Source: Flectonema sp. DT1601 (lineage: Eukaryota). From it: a stretch of 64,000 nucleotides of DNA. Under the pieces are notes generated by a model, which was not told where the DNA came from, ran no database searches, and was given only the letters and a program-made list of their open reading frames with translations. The DNA lies in assembly GCA_964019425.1 (NCBI GenBank), contig OZ025796.1:868001-932000 (forward strand), given 5' to 3'. This document shows, piece after piece, positions 25,346 through 36,782 of this stretch; the first letter of the stretch is position 1, and the number at the start of each line of letters is the position of its first letter. A program made the translations under genes and the position numbers.

Positions 25346-26665
25346 TTAGTTCAAAACAACTTCCTGCAAACTTTGCATCACCGCATCTAACTCAGCCAGA
25401 GTATCAATCGTGTTTCCACTTGCAAATTGTTTAGAAAGAGCGTCTAGTTTACTATTTACTGCTGGTGAGGTTAATGGTCTTAAATGACTGCTGCCTGTAC
25501 GAGAACTGCCTTCAGGTGTTTTAGAGGTGCGGTCGATGAGAGATTTAGTGGCTGTAGCAGCAGCGGCACGTTCTTTAATCTTTTCGCTGATTTCAGCTAT
25601 TTTTGTACTATTTTCAGTCGTACGTGATGAGGTTGAATTTATTGATTCTTTCCTACCCCGGGAGGGTGTTACAGAATTTCGAGCCAGTCGCTCACGCTCC
25701 CTACTTATGAATTCTTCTGCTCTTTGAGACGTAATTCGATGTGAAGGTGGTGGAGGTGGAGGTGGAGGTGGTTGGTTATTAAAATCACTCGCAACACTAA
25801 CAACAGGCGATCCAACTGGACTTGCCTGAGGATCATCTTTCAGTATTGGAGAGCTTGAGAAACGAGATTTTTGAAAATTTCCTCTTTCACTAAAGTGAAG
25901 AGGCGATACAGACCTACTAGGAGACTTCCTACTGTAACCATTACCCTCAGCATGGCGTACCCTCTGCTCAAGAGTTGTTAGTGTCTTTCCAAATTCATTT
26001 TGAATAGCAAGGCCTTGCTCTTCTGTTGCTAGTCGCTGTTGTTTTTCAGAACGTAGTTGACCAACCAATACTTGAATTAATTGCTTGAGACCACTCACAG
26101 AATCTGATCCAAACCTGTTGTCCGACGCATGAGTTATTTTTTCTTTTATAATTTTCGACAACGTAGCTTTCGCTTCTGGTGGAACATCCTCAAGAATTGC
26201 TTGATCAGGAAGGGTGTTGTTTTGTGAATTTGTCCTGCGGCGGTTATTAACTGACCGTAGGTTTGATTCTAATGTTTTATTATGTTGCATAAGACTGTCA
26301 CACTTGGCGTTAATTTCTCGAACAGCACGCTGTTCTTGCTTCAGTAGGTGATCGTATTGCTGTACTTTATCTTCTAAGAAATGTTCTATTCTTGAGATTT
26401 TACTTCGTTCTCTTTGAAGTTCCTGTCTGTGCTTCGCTTCGAGTTGTTTTAATACGTCTTCGTGTTCAGTGCCATTATCTTTGATTTGCTCAGATAAACT
26501 CCCAACAACAGCTACTAGTTGTTTGAATGTCTGTTGTATATTTCCTCCTTCACCTACTAATTCCAATCGAGGAACTGGCACAGTAGGATTATACGTTGGT
26601 GGTGTTGTTGTAGTCTCTGCAGAAGACGAACCGGGAGAGAGATGGCTGGTAGGTTGCCTTCGCAT
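25346..26665 (-). CDS. Hypothetical coiled-coil / low-complexity protein (~439 aa)
   Basis: Long ORF with heptad-like segments and poly-Pro. First ATG (MRRQP) follows a probable 5'-UTR intron ending GCTAG at 26702. Confidence 0.7.
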   Translation of the reverse strand: MRRQPTSHLSPGSSSAETTTTPPTYNPTVPVPRLELVGEGGNIQQTFKQLVAVVGSLSEQIKDNGTEHEDVLKQLEAKHRQELQRERSKISRIEHFLEDKVQQYDHLLKQEQRAVREINAKCDSLMQHNKTLESNLRSVNNRRRTNSQNNTLPDQAILEDVPPEAKATLSKIIKEKITHASDNRFGSDSVSGLKQLIQVLVGQLRSEKQQRLATEEQGLAIQNEFGKTLTTLEQRVRHAEGNGYSRKSPSRSVSPLHFSERGNFQKSRFSSSPILKDDPQASPVGSPVVSVASDFNNQPPPPPPPPPSHRITSQRAEEFISRERERLARNSVTPSRGRKESINSTSSRTTENSTKIAEISEKIKERAAAATATKSLIDRTSKTPEGSSRTGSSHLRPLTSPAVNSKLDALSKQFASGNTIDTLAELDAVMQSLQEVVLN

Positions 26666-26923
26666 TTTATAATTCTTTTGTGGAAGGTCTGGATTGACCA
26701 CCTAGCGACAGAAATTAATAACAATGAGAAAGAACAAACAATAAAAAGAAACCCCAAGAATCATAACTTGTACCTGAAACCTGCTGTGAAACTAATGTAA
26801 CAAAACTTAAATCATATCACGAGCACCACCGACAATATTATTCTGTTCTCGAAGGTGGCATGGTGAAGTTTTTGAGCCAAGCTGTATAGCAGGACTCAAT
26901 TATAAACACTATTTAAAAATTAG

Positions 26924-26954
<31 letters not shown>

Positions 26955-29169
26955 GTTCTTTTTTCGCTTCTTTTTTTTTTTTTCCTTTTACTGAAAGAAA
27001 TATGTTGGTGGTAGTGGATAAAAATTGATACTTTTGGGCTTTTTTTTTTCTTTCTTTTTTTCTTGTGCCGTGGGGAACCATGCCAAAATTTATCAAATCA
27101 GTAAGAAACATTATGCTAAAAATTATTAAAAAAACTATCTGTAACACAGCAAAAAAGCTGGATTCCATTCCTGAAAAGTACTTATTCGGGGAAAAGCTCC
27201 ATGCGTTAAATACAAATAAAGAGAGGCGGTGTTGTACGAGGAGCCAAAAAAGGAAGCAAGTGAACTGCTTGAGTTGCTACAGCAAAATAGGGTAAGCGGA
27301 GAATTTTAAAAAAAGTGAAAGTGTTTTAACCATCGTTGGTACGCATCCGAGGAGACCAAATTTGAGCTCCTCGGTTTCCGTATGCATTACAAAGAAAAGT
27401 TCTTTTTTGTGACAGAGCATCCAACAAACAAAAAACTAACTAAGCTAACGAATCACATCATTTTTCCAGTCTTATGAAATAGTGGCATCACAACAGTCGA
27501 CCTTGCTGTTGACTATCCGCTTTGCTCGACGAGAATAACAAGCCAATCGCCGCACGCATATTTCTTACGTTCGCATGTGCGGCTATTTTATGGCAGTAGA
27601 GAGGGGGAGGCTGTCCCGAGGGCGGGAAAAAGAAAAATGAAATGTGAAAAGAAACAGCCTGAGGCGCGAGTAATTAACCCGCAATAAATCAGTACACTGA
27701 AAGACTAAATATAAAATTTCTCTGAAAAACTAAAAACGAATTTAAACACGAGAAGAAAAAAAAAGAACTTCACAAAAGCAACTGACTACACAGAGAGGGA
27801 ATTAAAAATCCTACTTCTTAGGAAGATGCTGACACAAGGTCCGAACAAACATACCGTCAAACCGAAAAAATTCATTCAAACAGAATTTGAACACACGATT
27901 AGCTTGCAATCTTGATCTCCATTCCTGTCTCTTAATTCACACTTGCATTAGACGGTTAAGGAAAGTTATAAAAAAATAAAATATTATTTTTTTTTTTTTT
28001 TTTTTGAATTTCAACTCATCCCATAACGCTAGTGAGGTTTATAACCATCGACAAGATTGAACAACATGCGAACAAAAAAAAAAAAAAAATTTTTTTTTGC
28101 TTCTTGGATAGTGAGATCTCATTTACAGTGTGTTTAGAAGAGATAAACACACTTTTCATAAAAAGACACGCGGTAGGGGGTTTTGTAAAGGGGAACATCA
28201 AAAATCCGAATAAAATAATTATGTGTTTAGAGCAATAAATACTCTAATTTATGGCAATTAATATTTATTTGCTTCTCCATAAATCAGCGAGAAGCATACT
28301 GGACAAGGGATGGGGGGCTACACTTAGGGGACGTCACTCGCTAGAAGTACAGCAAAAACAAGAGCGCCTGATGAGGAAGCATGTCTCCCTCCCAACCACA
28401 ACGGGTTGCAGCGGGTAAGCAAGCAAACACCATTTTTTTTTTTTTTTTTTTGAAAGTTTCCGATACGAAATTCCACATCTCAATACCTTCGTATGAAGTT
28501 GGGGGTTTAGAACTTTTCGAATGGGATTAAAAGCTTTCTATATTTCTTGTTCCCTCAAATGGTTTTCTAACTTGAACACGCACAAGAGCACTATGGGTTA
28601 GCTATTGCTCGATTGCGTTTTTTTTTTTTTTTTTTTTTTTTTCTTCTACTCGATTAAACACTTCAAGATAATTGTATCAAGCTATCTAACACTATTCAAA
28701 AGGTTTTTTCATTTCTATTCTCCGCCGACGAAGTCAGGAAAGCTATGTCGGGGAAAGCTAAGTAATGGGCCAACTTTATTTTCATTTTATTTTATTGTTT
28801 ATATTTTCTGTTTTTTTTTTTTTTTGGTTTTCAATATGATCGATTAAAGAGAACTTTCCTGAATGATGTTTTTCACAGAGAAACACTAAGGATATCACTA
28901 GGTTTTTATCTGCTGGCCACTATCTGAACGAGTTTTACTCACCCGTAAGGGAAAAAAAAAGGAAATGCAAAGAACATTACCCGTAATGAGTGAATATATA
29001 AATTTCTCCCCTTCTTTTTTTTTTTTTTTTTTTCCCCCTTCTCAAATTTATGCCGTACCTTTATTAGGCAGATAGCTTATACTAAAATCAATCATTCATG
29101 GGAGCGCTTATGGAATAGGTTAGTATAATTAAAAAACATGTATGGGAATACAAGATAGTAAATCCAATA

Positions 29170-29418
29170 AATGTATTGTTCTGCTGTTTTGTATGACACT
29201 GTAGAAAGCGTAGTTTCAGACCTTAATCTTATACTACTTGTCCCTTTTTTTGGCCTTCATCGGTAAGTTTTTGGGACTTTATTCTAAATTACTTGTAAAT
29301 CAGTTTCAAGAGTGGTTCTTATCGTAAGAACTGATAAGAGCATAGAGCTTACCAGGACACGTTAGCATACACTTGCTTTTGTTTAACTAAGTTGTATCTC
29401 TTCCGGTGCGGCGTGTTA
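29170..29418 (-). mobile_element. Dispersed repeat family A, copy 1 (carries a rearranged hammerhead-like motif)
   Basis: Aligns by eye with 46455-46650, 46695-46806, 51445-51567 and 42328-42420, e.g. shared + strand strings ttgtaaatcagtttcaa and agcatacacttgcttttgt...aactaagttgtat...cggtgcggcgtgtt. Confidence 0.8.
29210..29277 (-). ncRNA. Candidate non-circularly permuted hammerhead ribozyme (U4C variant in this copy)
   Basis: Minus strand reads GTCCC AAAAA CTTA CCGATGA AGGCC AAAAAAA GGGAC AA GTAG TA TAAG ATTAA GGTCT GAAA CTAC. Stem I CTTA/TAAG, stem II AGGCC/GGTCT, stem III ACTAC/GTAGT, cleavage triplet GUA, extra helix GTCCC/GGGAC. Confidence 0.65.
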
Positions 29419-32400
29419 GTTTAGTTTATAAATATTTTTATTTATTTATTTATTTAAATGAAGCACACATGGCAACCTACGAGTCCAAAAAAAATTAAAT
29501 AATAAAATAAAATGGACATATTCAGACATTCCTAGTAAACTCAACGAGAACAGTTACTTTGCTAAGCTATGAAATATTATAACAACGTCCTGGGGTACGT
29601 TCATAAAACAGATGGGTTGCGATTACTTAGTCTCGAACGACTGTGAGACGTAGACCTTCGCATCCCATTAAGGTCTCTATTACAACTTATGGTGCTACTA
29701 ACAGTTCTATTTGTTTTTTTTCCTTTTTTTTTTTAAGCTTGTTCGGTTTAAAAAAAAATGGGATAAAGAACAAAAAAAAAAAAAAAAAAAACTGAAATTC
29801 GGCTCCCTGACAACTTGAAACACTTGTGTCAAAAATAAAGTTTTTTTTTCTACTCCCGGGGACTACGCCTCATAAGGGTAGAGGGTAAGGGGAAACAAAA
29901 AGGAATAGCATCCATAAAAATAGAATTAAAAGGAAGCTCAGAGAGACAAATCAGTTTCAGGTCCCAACTGCAGAGCAACCGAAGAAAGGGTAAAATTAAA
30001 ACTTTTTCGAAAAGGGGGGTGATAATTTGATAGAAAAATAATAAACTTCACATCCTAGGGGTAAGAGTATCCAGAAGACCATTGTCGAATCTAGTAGCGA
30101 ATCTAGTAGTTCGGGGTGAGCGCCCCTTGCAGTCCGCTACAATGGATGTATTTTTTTTAATTTCTTTTCTTTCTTATCTTTAGTTATCGTTTTTTTTTTT
30201 TTTTTTGATAAGTTTGTATTTGTTTAGTTTCACAGTCACACTTTCTCTCTACAAACAAAAAAACCTACAACGTTTTTTTTTCTTTTTTTTTTTTCTGTTA
30301 TTTATTTGCTTTGTATGGAATGTCCCACTAGATTTACTGTCGAAAATTTTCATTATTGACAAAGAGGGAAGAATGTGATCACACTTCTGTGACGTGACAA
30401 AAACGACAAACACAAACCGCTATATAAGCTTGCGTTAATCGTGTGACAAAGAGAAGCTGTAGGCTTATTATTTTATTATTATTTTACGCCTAACAACGTT
30501 TAAAAAAAAAAAAAAAAAAAAAACTTTATTAAGTTGGTGAATGGGTCCGCTGGTTTTCATCAGAAAAGAAAAACCAGTGGTAGGATCGTCCACTAAATTT
30601 TGTGGAAGCATGCTGTGGGTTGAATTTTTTTTTTTATTTTTTTTTTTCCCCCAACACTTCTCAAGTTCAACGACGTTGGGAGTGTTTACAACAAACTAAC
30701 CATACGGACAGTCTGCAAATCACAATAAAAAACCTAACCCAAAAGGGGTACGAGATATCCAAAATGACAGAACCATGACTTAGTTCGTTCATCCTTGAAG
30801 TTGCTGCTCTACTAGGAGATTAGTAGACAATTCACAACAACAGGATTCTATCTGTAGCTGAGAGATAGCAGCTGCTTACCAATAACAATTGAAATGGAAA
30901 AAAAGGAGATAAATGAGTAGAGTTTCGTCCGTTGTTTCTTCTTCTTCTTCTTTTTTTTTTTTTTTTATTGGTTGGAATCAGAGAACACAATGAATAAACC
31001 TAGGGGAAAGCTAAATTCGAATTTTTTTCAGTTTTTTTTTCTTTTTTTTTTTTTTTTTGTTTCCCTTTCTTTCGTTCTTTATTTATTTCCTTCCTTTCCT
31101 TGCTTTCAATTCACACAACTCATTGGTTAGTACATCAATATAACATTCGCATATTGCTTTGCCTAACTGTTTGCCATCATCCTAAAACAAGCACATAAGG
31201 AAAATATTCGATTCTTAAATAGACAGATAATGACGTCTATGTACGTTGCATACTGTGCATTGCTTTCTAAATTTATTTTGTTCATTGGTGGAAAATTACA
31301 GCACCGATACATTTTAAATGTACACAGGCTAGTCGCAAAAATAGTCGAGAGGTAACCTAGTTGATCGGAAAGGGTGCTTGAATCGAATCAGCCTTTGATT
31401 GAGTCATAGCACTCTTGTTTTAATTAAAATCTCTTTAAAAAACCATTCAGATAAAAAGCCTCATACATCTTGTCGATCGCGGACAGTAGATAACATTTGC
31501 CCATAAATTTAAACGGCTCTTTTAATCTGAATAGTTTCCTTCTCCGACTTTGTCGGTGCAAAAAAAAAAAGGAAAAAGAAGAAGGGAAGGGAAGGGAACC
31601 AACACAAGGTTTGTTGAAAAAACCTAATTAAAATGGCAAAACAAAAAGAATACACAACAGAAGAAGTAGACAACCCCCACTACACAGGTTTTGATAATAT
31701 TGGTGGAACAGAAAAAGCGCTTGTTTAAGACCAGAAAAACACACCAATGATCTGCCTAACGCTGTTTAAAAAAAAAAGGGGGGGGTTGGGGTTGGGGGTC
31801 AGCTGATGTTGATTTCACATTATCAATTACCATTGAGCAACAGTTACCTCGATGAGCATATACGAATGGTAAACTTTCTTGTTTTTTTTTTATAAAATAA
31901 TAACGAGACATTAATCAACATCAACTTTTTAAAAAATACAGACAACAGAGAGGGACTTAAACTTCCTCACAGCTCTTTTCTAACCAACTACTTTAGTTGG
32001 ACACTTGTGTAGGGCTCAGCCAAACCTGGTTGGTAGAATATGGGGATTCGTGGGTAAGGGTGGATGAAGAAAAAGAAGAAATTAATCAGACGAAAGAACA
32101 AATAATATCTTGTCAATCCGATGAGGTGAGAAAAGATCCATCACAAAAAAAAAAAAAAAAAAAAAAAAAGAAAAAATCCACACGATTTCCCACTAAACAG
32201 ATTATTACTGTAAACGAAAAGGGGTGATGGTATTACAACTCTTTTTTAAAAGTTCTTTTTTTTTTTTCTTTCTTTTATTATTTAAAAGTTTGGCTCATTT
32301 CAAATACGGCAAAACAGTCAACGGAAGTCCCTACAAATTTACAGATTAAGTGGTTAAAGAAAAATGCCATATCTGGCAAAGAGAATACCCCATGTTTCAG

Positions 32401-33431
32401 ATAAAGAGGACAAAAAAAAAAAAAAAAAAAAAAAAAACGAGTAAGGAGATAAATAGGAGAAAAAGAGGAAAATACTACTAAAGGAAAAAATAATCAGCAA
32501 TACGCACTCGTCTCGGGTGCATATAGCATGAGTAGACTACACAAAAACCTTGTCCTCAGACAAGGACATTGATATAGGCATTGATTGCAACACAAATGTT
32601 CTTATTATTTCTTTTTCGTTCAAAAAAAAACTGGGGATGAATTAATTATTGGGAAAGCTTTTTTTTTTTTTTTTTTTTTTTTCACCTTTTCAAAAAATTG
32701 ACCGCAAGCAAATAAATGTTCCATTTTATTAAGGATCAACTACGACAGCATAATAAAATCCCATCTCTTTGAAACCAGTAGTCTCACTTACGACTCAACA
32801 AACACCTTACTACTATGCATAGCGTATTCTAAAATAAAAAAAGAAATGAGGACTTGAGAATAATGAAGTAGTTTCATTTGTTGAAACAAGAAATAGCCAG
32901 AACACAGCTTTAGACCGAGGTCCCATGTAGATCATGCTATGGTACTTTTTTCGTATCTGGACCACAGCAAAAAAACAGAGGAAAAAATAATCCGGCTGAA
33001 TATATTTTTTGTCTCAAAAAAATTGTTTTGATTGAAATTTCCTGGTGGATCGTCCTCTATGACAGGACAAGAGTCTACCACCTGTTGTGGAATGACTGCA
33101 TCCTTTGAACTAACCTGTCACACAAGACTCAAGAAGTATAATAAAATAAAATTTGAACAGACTGGAATACTAATTGTAAACGACAATAAGATGTTAGCCT
33201 GAAATGCAACTGACTTCGAGTGATGGAGAACTTAAAATCAGGAGCAGACCCTAGACGCACAAATAAGCCAATCTTATTAAATGCTACGTCAATATCCATC
33301 GTAGGTGGTCATCATCTTCAACATTGGTGGTGATGTTCTTCACAATACCTCAATACCTACCAATCTTTCATCTGCGGGGGAAATCCTTTGTAGAATAAAA
33401 GGGCTGGGGAGGTTTAACATAACAGCCACTA

Positions 33432-34574
33432 CTAAGACCCCATTCTTTGCATACCAAGTGACCACGGAGTTTCCGCCCCATACTGCATTGGCATTGTTGG
33501 CAAGTGAGGGAATCCCGTAAGCAGGTTTTGCATTGAGGGCATGGATGCATACGGCATTCCATACGTCCCCATTGGGTCCGCCAATGTCGTCGTTGGCAAA
33601 GCATTCTTATTCATCATACCTACACCAGATTGTTGTAATAATTGTTGTTGTTGTTGGAATTGTACTTCTCGTTTTCTGAGATCCTTATCAGATTCATATT
33701 GAGATGACTCTTGGTAAATCCCCAAGACTGAACGAATATTATAGCTACCTCTGCTACTGAATAAGGGAGACCCGATCGCAAAGTTGTGAAAGCTATCGTC
33801 AACATAAGGATCTATTTCAACTCTCCATCTGTCGCATTGTTCTTTGAAATCACAGGTTTCAGTAGTAAACATGACACTCACCGCAGGAAGGAATTTGTTT
33901 AGCTGATCAAAACCTAGAGAAGCCAACTGTGGGGGAATTTTGTAGAACTTTTCCCACATGTTGAATACTTCCCAAATCATTGCACATCTATCGATGATCG
34001 CTAATCGCTCAGTACATTTGTAATAAAACATTCGAATTATCCAAGTTCCTTGAATCCTGCTCCAGTCAGAGTTGTCAGGGTTTCCAATCACATTAATTGG
34101 AAGAATATTTTGAAATATTAAATACCTTTCATTAGCAGGGAACACTAGCTTCATATTTTCAAGAACAAAAGCAAGGGTTTGACTCCGATAAACTTGATTT
34201 TTATTTTTACGAAGTCCTCCAGTAATCTTTAATATCATGTCAGCATGTGTTTCAGATCGAGTTCGCTTTAGACAAAACCCATCGTTGCATAACTTCTCTC
34301 TGAATTCGTGCAAACATCCTTGCAGATCCTTATTAGATGATGAACCGTATAAGCAACTTTTGTCTAAATGACGTTGGATGAGACTAATCATTCTACCTAT
34401 CATCGACTGAGCATCTCCAGGACCGTTCCATTCAACTCTACAAAGCGTGTCTACTATTGATGATGCCACTAGATCAAATCTTTTTTCCGCTACAGGATTA
34501 TGATCAACTAGATTCTTAACGATTCCCTCCAGGGCTTCTCGTATGTATCGACGCATTATCTCCATAGTAGCCAT
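33432..34574 (-). CDS. Orphan family long form A1 (380 aa; DNSDW domain, Q/M/P-rich tail)
   Basis: Clear paralogy with 54957-55862 (ILP.N....DNSDW..IQ.TW.IR.FYY.C...RC.......WE...PPQLA.L). Poly-T + AGCAG acceptor just before the ATG. Confidence 0.8.
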   Translation of the reverse strand: MATMEIMRRYIREALEGIVKNLVDHNPVAEKRFDLVASSIVDTLCRVEWNGPGDAQSMIGRMISLIQRHLDKSCLYGSSSNKDLQGCLHEFREKLCNDGFCLKRTRSETHADMILKITGGLRKNKNQVYRSQTLAFVLENMKLVFPANERYLIFQNILPINVIGNPDNSDWSRIQGTWIIRMFYYKCTERLAIIDRCAMIWEVFNMWEKFYKIPPQLASLGFDQLNKFLPAVSVMFTTETCDFKEQCDRWRVEIDPYVDDSFHNFAIGSPLFSSRGSYNIRSVLGIYQESSQYESDKDLRKREVQFQQQQQLLQQSGVGMMNKNALPTTTLADPMGTYGMPYASMPSMQNLLTGFPHLPTMPMQYGAETPWSLGMQRMGS

Positions 34575-36064
34575 GGTGTTAGTTATGGCCTGCTAAAAAA
34601 AAAAAAAAAAAAGAAATAATCTCCAGGTGATCTCGCTTAGGCCTATTTCTAGAGACTTCAAACACCTCCTACCTGTGGTTAAGTAGTTTTAATTTAAAAA
34701 ATAACGTCGTGACAACCGTTTAGAAAACATTTCACCACTCACAGGGCGCGATGTATGGAATAATACTTCACTTAACTTCCATTAATAGAATCCAAATATA
34801 AAAAACAAAATTCTTATTACTATGGGAAAGCTAATACAATAGTGAACTTTGTTTGTAGTTGTGTATTCCAACCAGCGATATAATCTCTCTCACTACGCAA
34901 GTAGACGCAGATATTGATAAAATGAGAGCAGCTAAGATAGAGGACAAAAACATGTGTCATTTACGTTTCTTCCTTTTATTTTATTTGCCTCGGGCAATCC
35001 TCACAATAATTTCGTACAGTTATTTTTAATCAGTGCTACCATGATTGGGTTGAATCTGTAATCGAAATAAAAAGAGTAATACAAATCAGAATTACCATTC
35101 CTTGATTCACCAAGAGTTTCGTTATTCGTACGAATCCCTCACACTGTTGTTTCAAACAAACAAAAAAAAAAAAAGAAAAAAAAAAAAATAGGAGACACAA
35201 TACAGAAAGATTTCTTTCTCATTCGTCACCTTATTACACTTCAGTTTCTTTTTTTTAAACACTGTTACAGAAAAAGCGAATGAAAGCGTTGGTTATTTGT
35301 ATTTTATAAAACAGGGGTAAGTTATTGATATTACCAGCAGTGACAGAACTTAATTGATAAAACTCGGTTCAGATGTGCAACTCCGCTACACTTTTGGTTT
35401 AAGTTTTATCATTCCCTTCTACACTACGATGAAAACAATAAGGAAAAGTGGAGATAAATTCCACTTATGTGGAATTGGAAGCCACACTTTCTTTATAAAA
35501 AGGAGGTTGGATTCAGAAAATGGCAAAATGAAAAAATGTAAAAAGTAAAAACACCTCATCCAGTGACGAATCTTATCTACCGTTGCACACTACTAATGGA
35601 GCACACGTCACAAGACTGTGAATCATTTTCAAAGCAGGCATCGTTTAACAGGAAGGAGCGAAGGACTGAAAGTATAACGACGTAGAGGCTCAATCATTTC
35701 TACCATAACATTAATTAGTTATTTTCAAGTTCTCGAAACTCCTGTTGCCGCGCGAATTAGATCCAAAAAAAAGAAAAATAAAGTTTCAATAGTGTATTGC
35801 GTGAAGCAACCAGACAAAACACAAGGAAACAGAAATGGAGGTTCGGATAAATAAATAATTAATAAGAGGGGAAGGGTGAGAATTTTCTTGCATTTGTGCA
35901 AAATTTGGCTTCATTTTTTTTTTTCTTTTTTTTTTTGTAAGTAACCACTATTGACGTCACGGATATCAAACCCAAAGGGAGATCAACAAGAACACTTTCT
36001 CAAAAAAGTGTGTAGTAACTCTCCCAATTGGGACGAAATCTCGACGAACAATAGTAATTACTTA

Positions 36065-36427
36065 CTATTCCTTTGATTGAATTACGGCGTTGATATCAAC
36101 TTCATATGGTTCAAAGCGGTACTTGTCTCCATCTACCATCAGATCTGACGTAACAACCTGCCTCAGACTGAATTCTCTTAATCTGGTTCTCAACTGCCAC
36201 ACCCATGGATCCAAAATTTTGCGGCTCGGATTGCACTGCAACAGTGGTTGCATTTCCTCAAGTATGTCAATCACTCGTCCAACAAGAATGAAAGGTTGCT
36301 TTCTTAAGACTTCCTTCATCGACTTTTCAATGCGGGCGATGCGGTGAAATCCCAACTCAGGGTGACCATTAGACAGCGAATAATGGACTGCATTATGCAT
36401 TTCAAGATCACAAAATCTCTTGACCAT
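36065..36427 (-). CDS. Orphan family short form B (120 aa), copy 1
   Basis: Homologous over its whole length to 53336-53719 (HPE; PSRK.LD.WV..L; GDKYRFEPYEVDINAV vs GDRYRHCPYAVGHNAV). Confidence 0.72.
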   Translation of the reverse strand: MVKRFCDLEMHNAVHYSLSNGHPELGFHRIARIEKSMKEVLRKQPFILVGRVIDILEEMQPLLQCNPSRKILDPWVWQLRTRLREFSLRQVVTSDLMVDGDKYRFEPYEVDINAVIQSKE

Positions 36428-36692
36428 TTTGTTTGTGACAATTGGGGAAACTGATACAAGATTATTTATTCAGCCGCACACTCACACAATAACATTCAAA
36501 CTGCTACCCAACGTAGTAGCCCAGACAAGTAGACAGCATTACTGCACAAGCAGACATATTTGTGAAAGCATCTGAATGAAGAACAGTTTGGGGGTCACCA
36601 ATAAATGAAACATCAACAAGAATAATATCATGGCATGCATTAATCGTATGTGTTTCGCTTACTCTGATAGGTTGCACCTCTTCTGGTGCAAC

Positions 36693-36782
36693 CTATCTAA
36701 CAGGATTATGATCAACTAGATTCTTAACGATTCCCTCCAGGGCTTCTCGTATGTATCGACGCATTATCTCCATAGTAGCCAT
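36693..36782 (-). pseudogene. 5' fragment of gene A1 created by the duplication breakpoint (MATMEIMRRYIREALEGIVKNLVDHNPVR*)
   Basis: Identical to the first 83 nt of 34574-33432; the frame ends at a TAG inside the junction insert. Confidence 0.85.

Noticed and set aside
28368..28420. Plus-strand CTGATGAG as a hammerhead core (also CTGATGA at 51790, 56375 and minus-strand 30563)
   Set aside because: No stem II closed by GAAA and no matching cleavage strand nearby.
30087..30110. 12-bp direct repeat CGAATCTAGTAG x2
   Set aside because: A simple local duplication; no spacers, so not CRISPR-like, and no element lies between the copies.
33432..33454. Possible 23-nt GTATGC...TAG intron extending A1
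   Set aside because: Purine-rich, unlike the supported introns, and not needed for an intact ORF.
35354..35548. 64-aa plus-strand ORF present twice (also 37562-37756)
   Set aside because: Its repetition is explained by the tandem duplication; non-ATG start and opposite strand to all genes.
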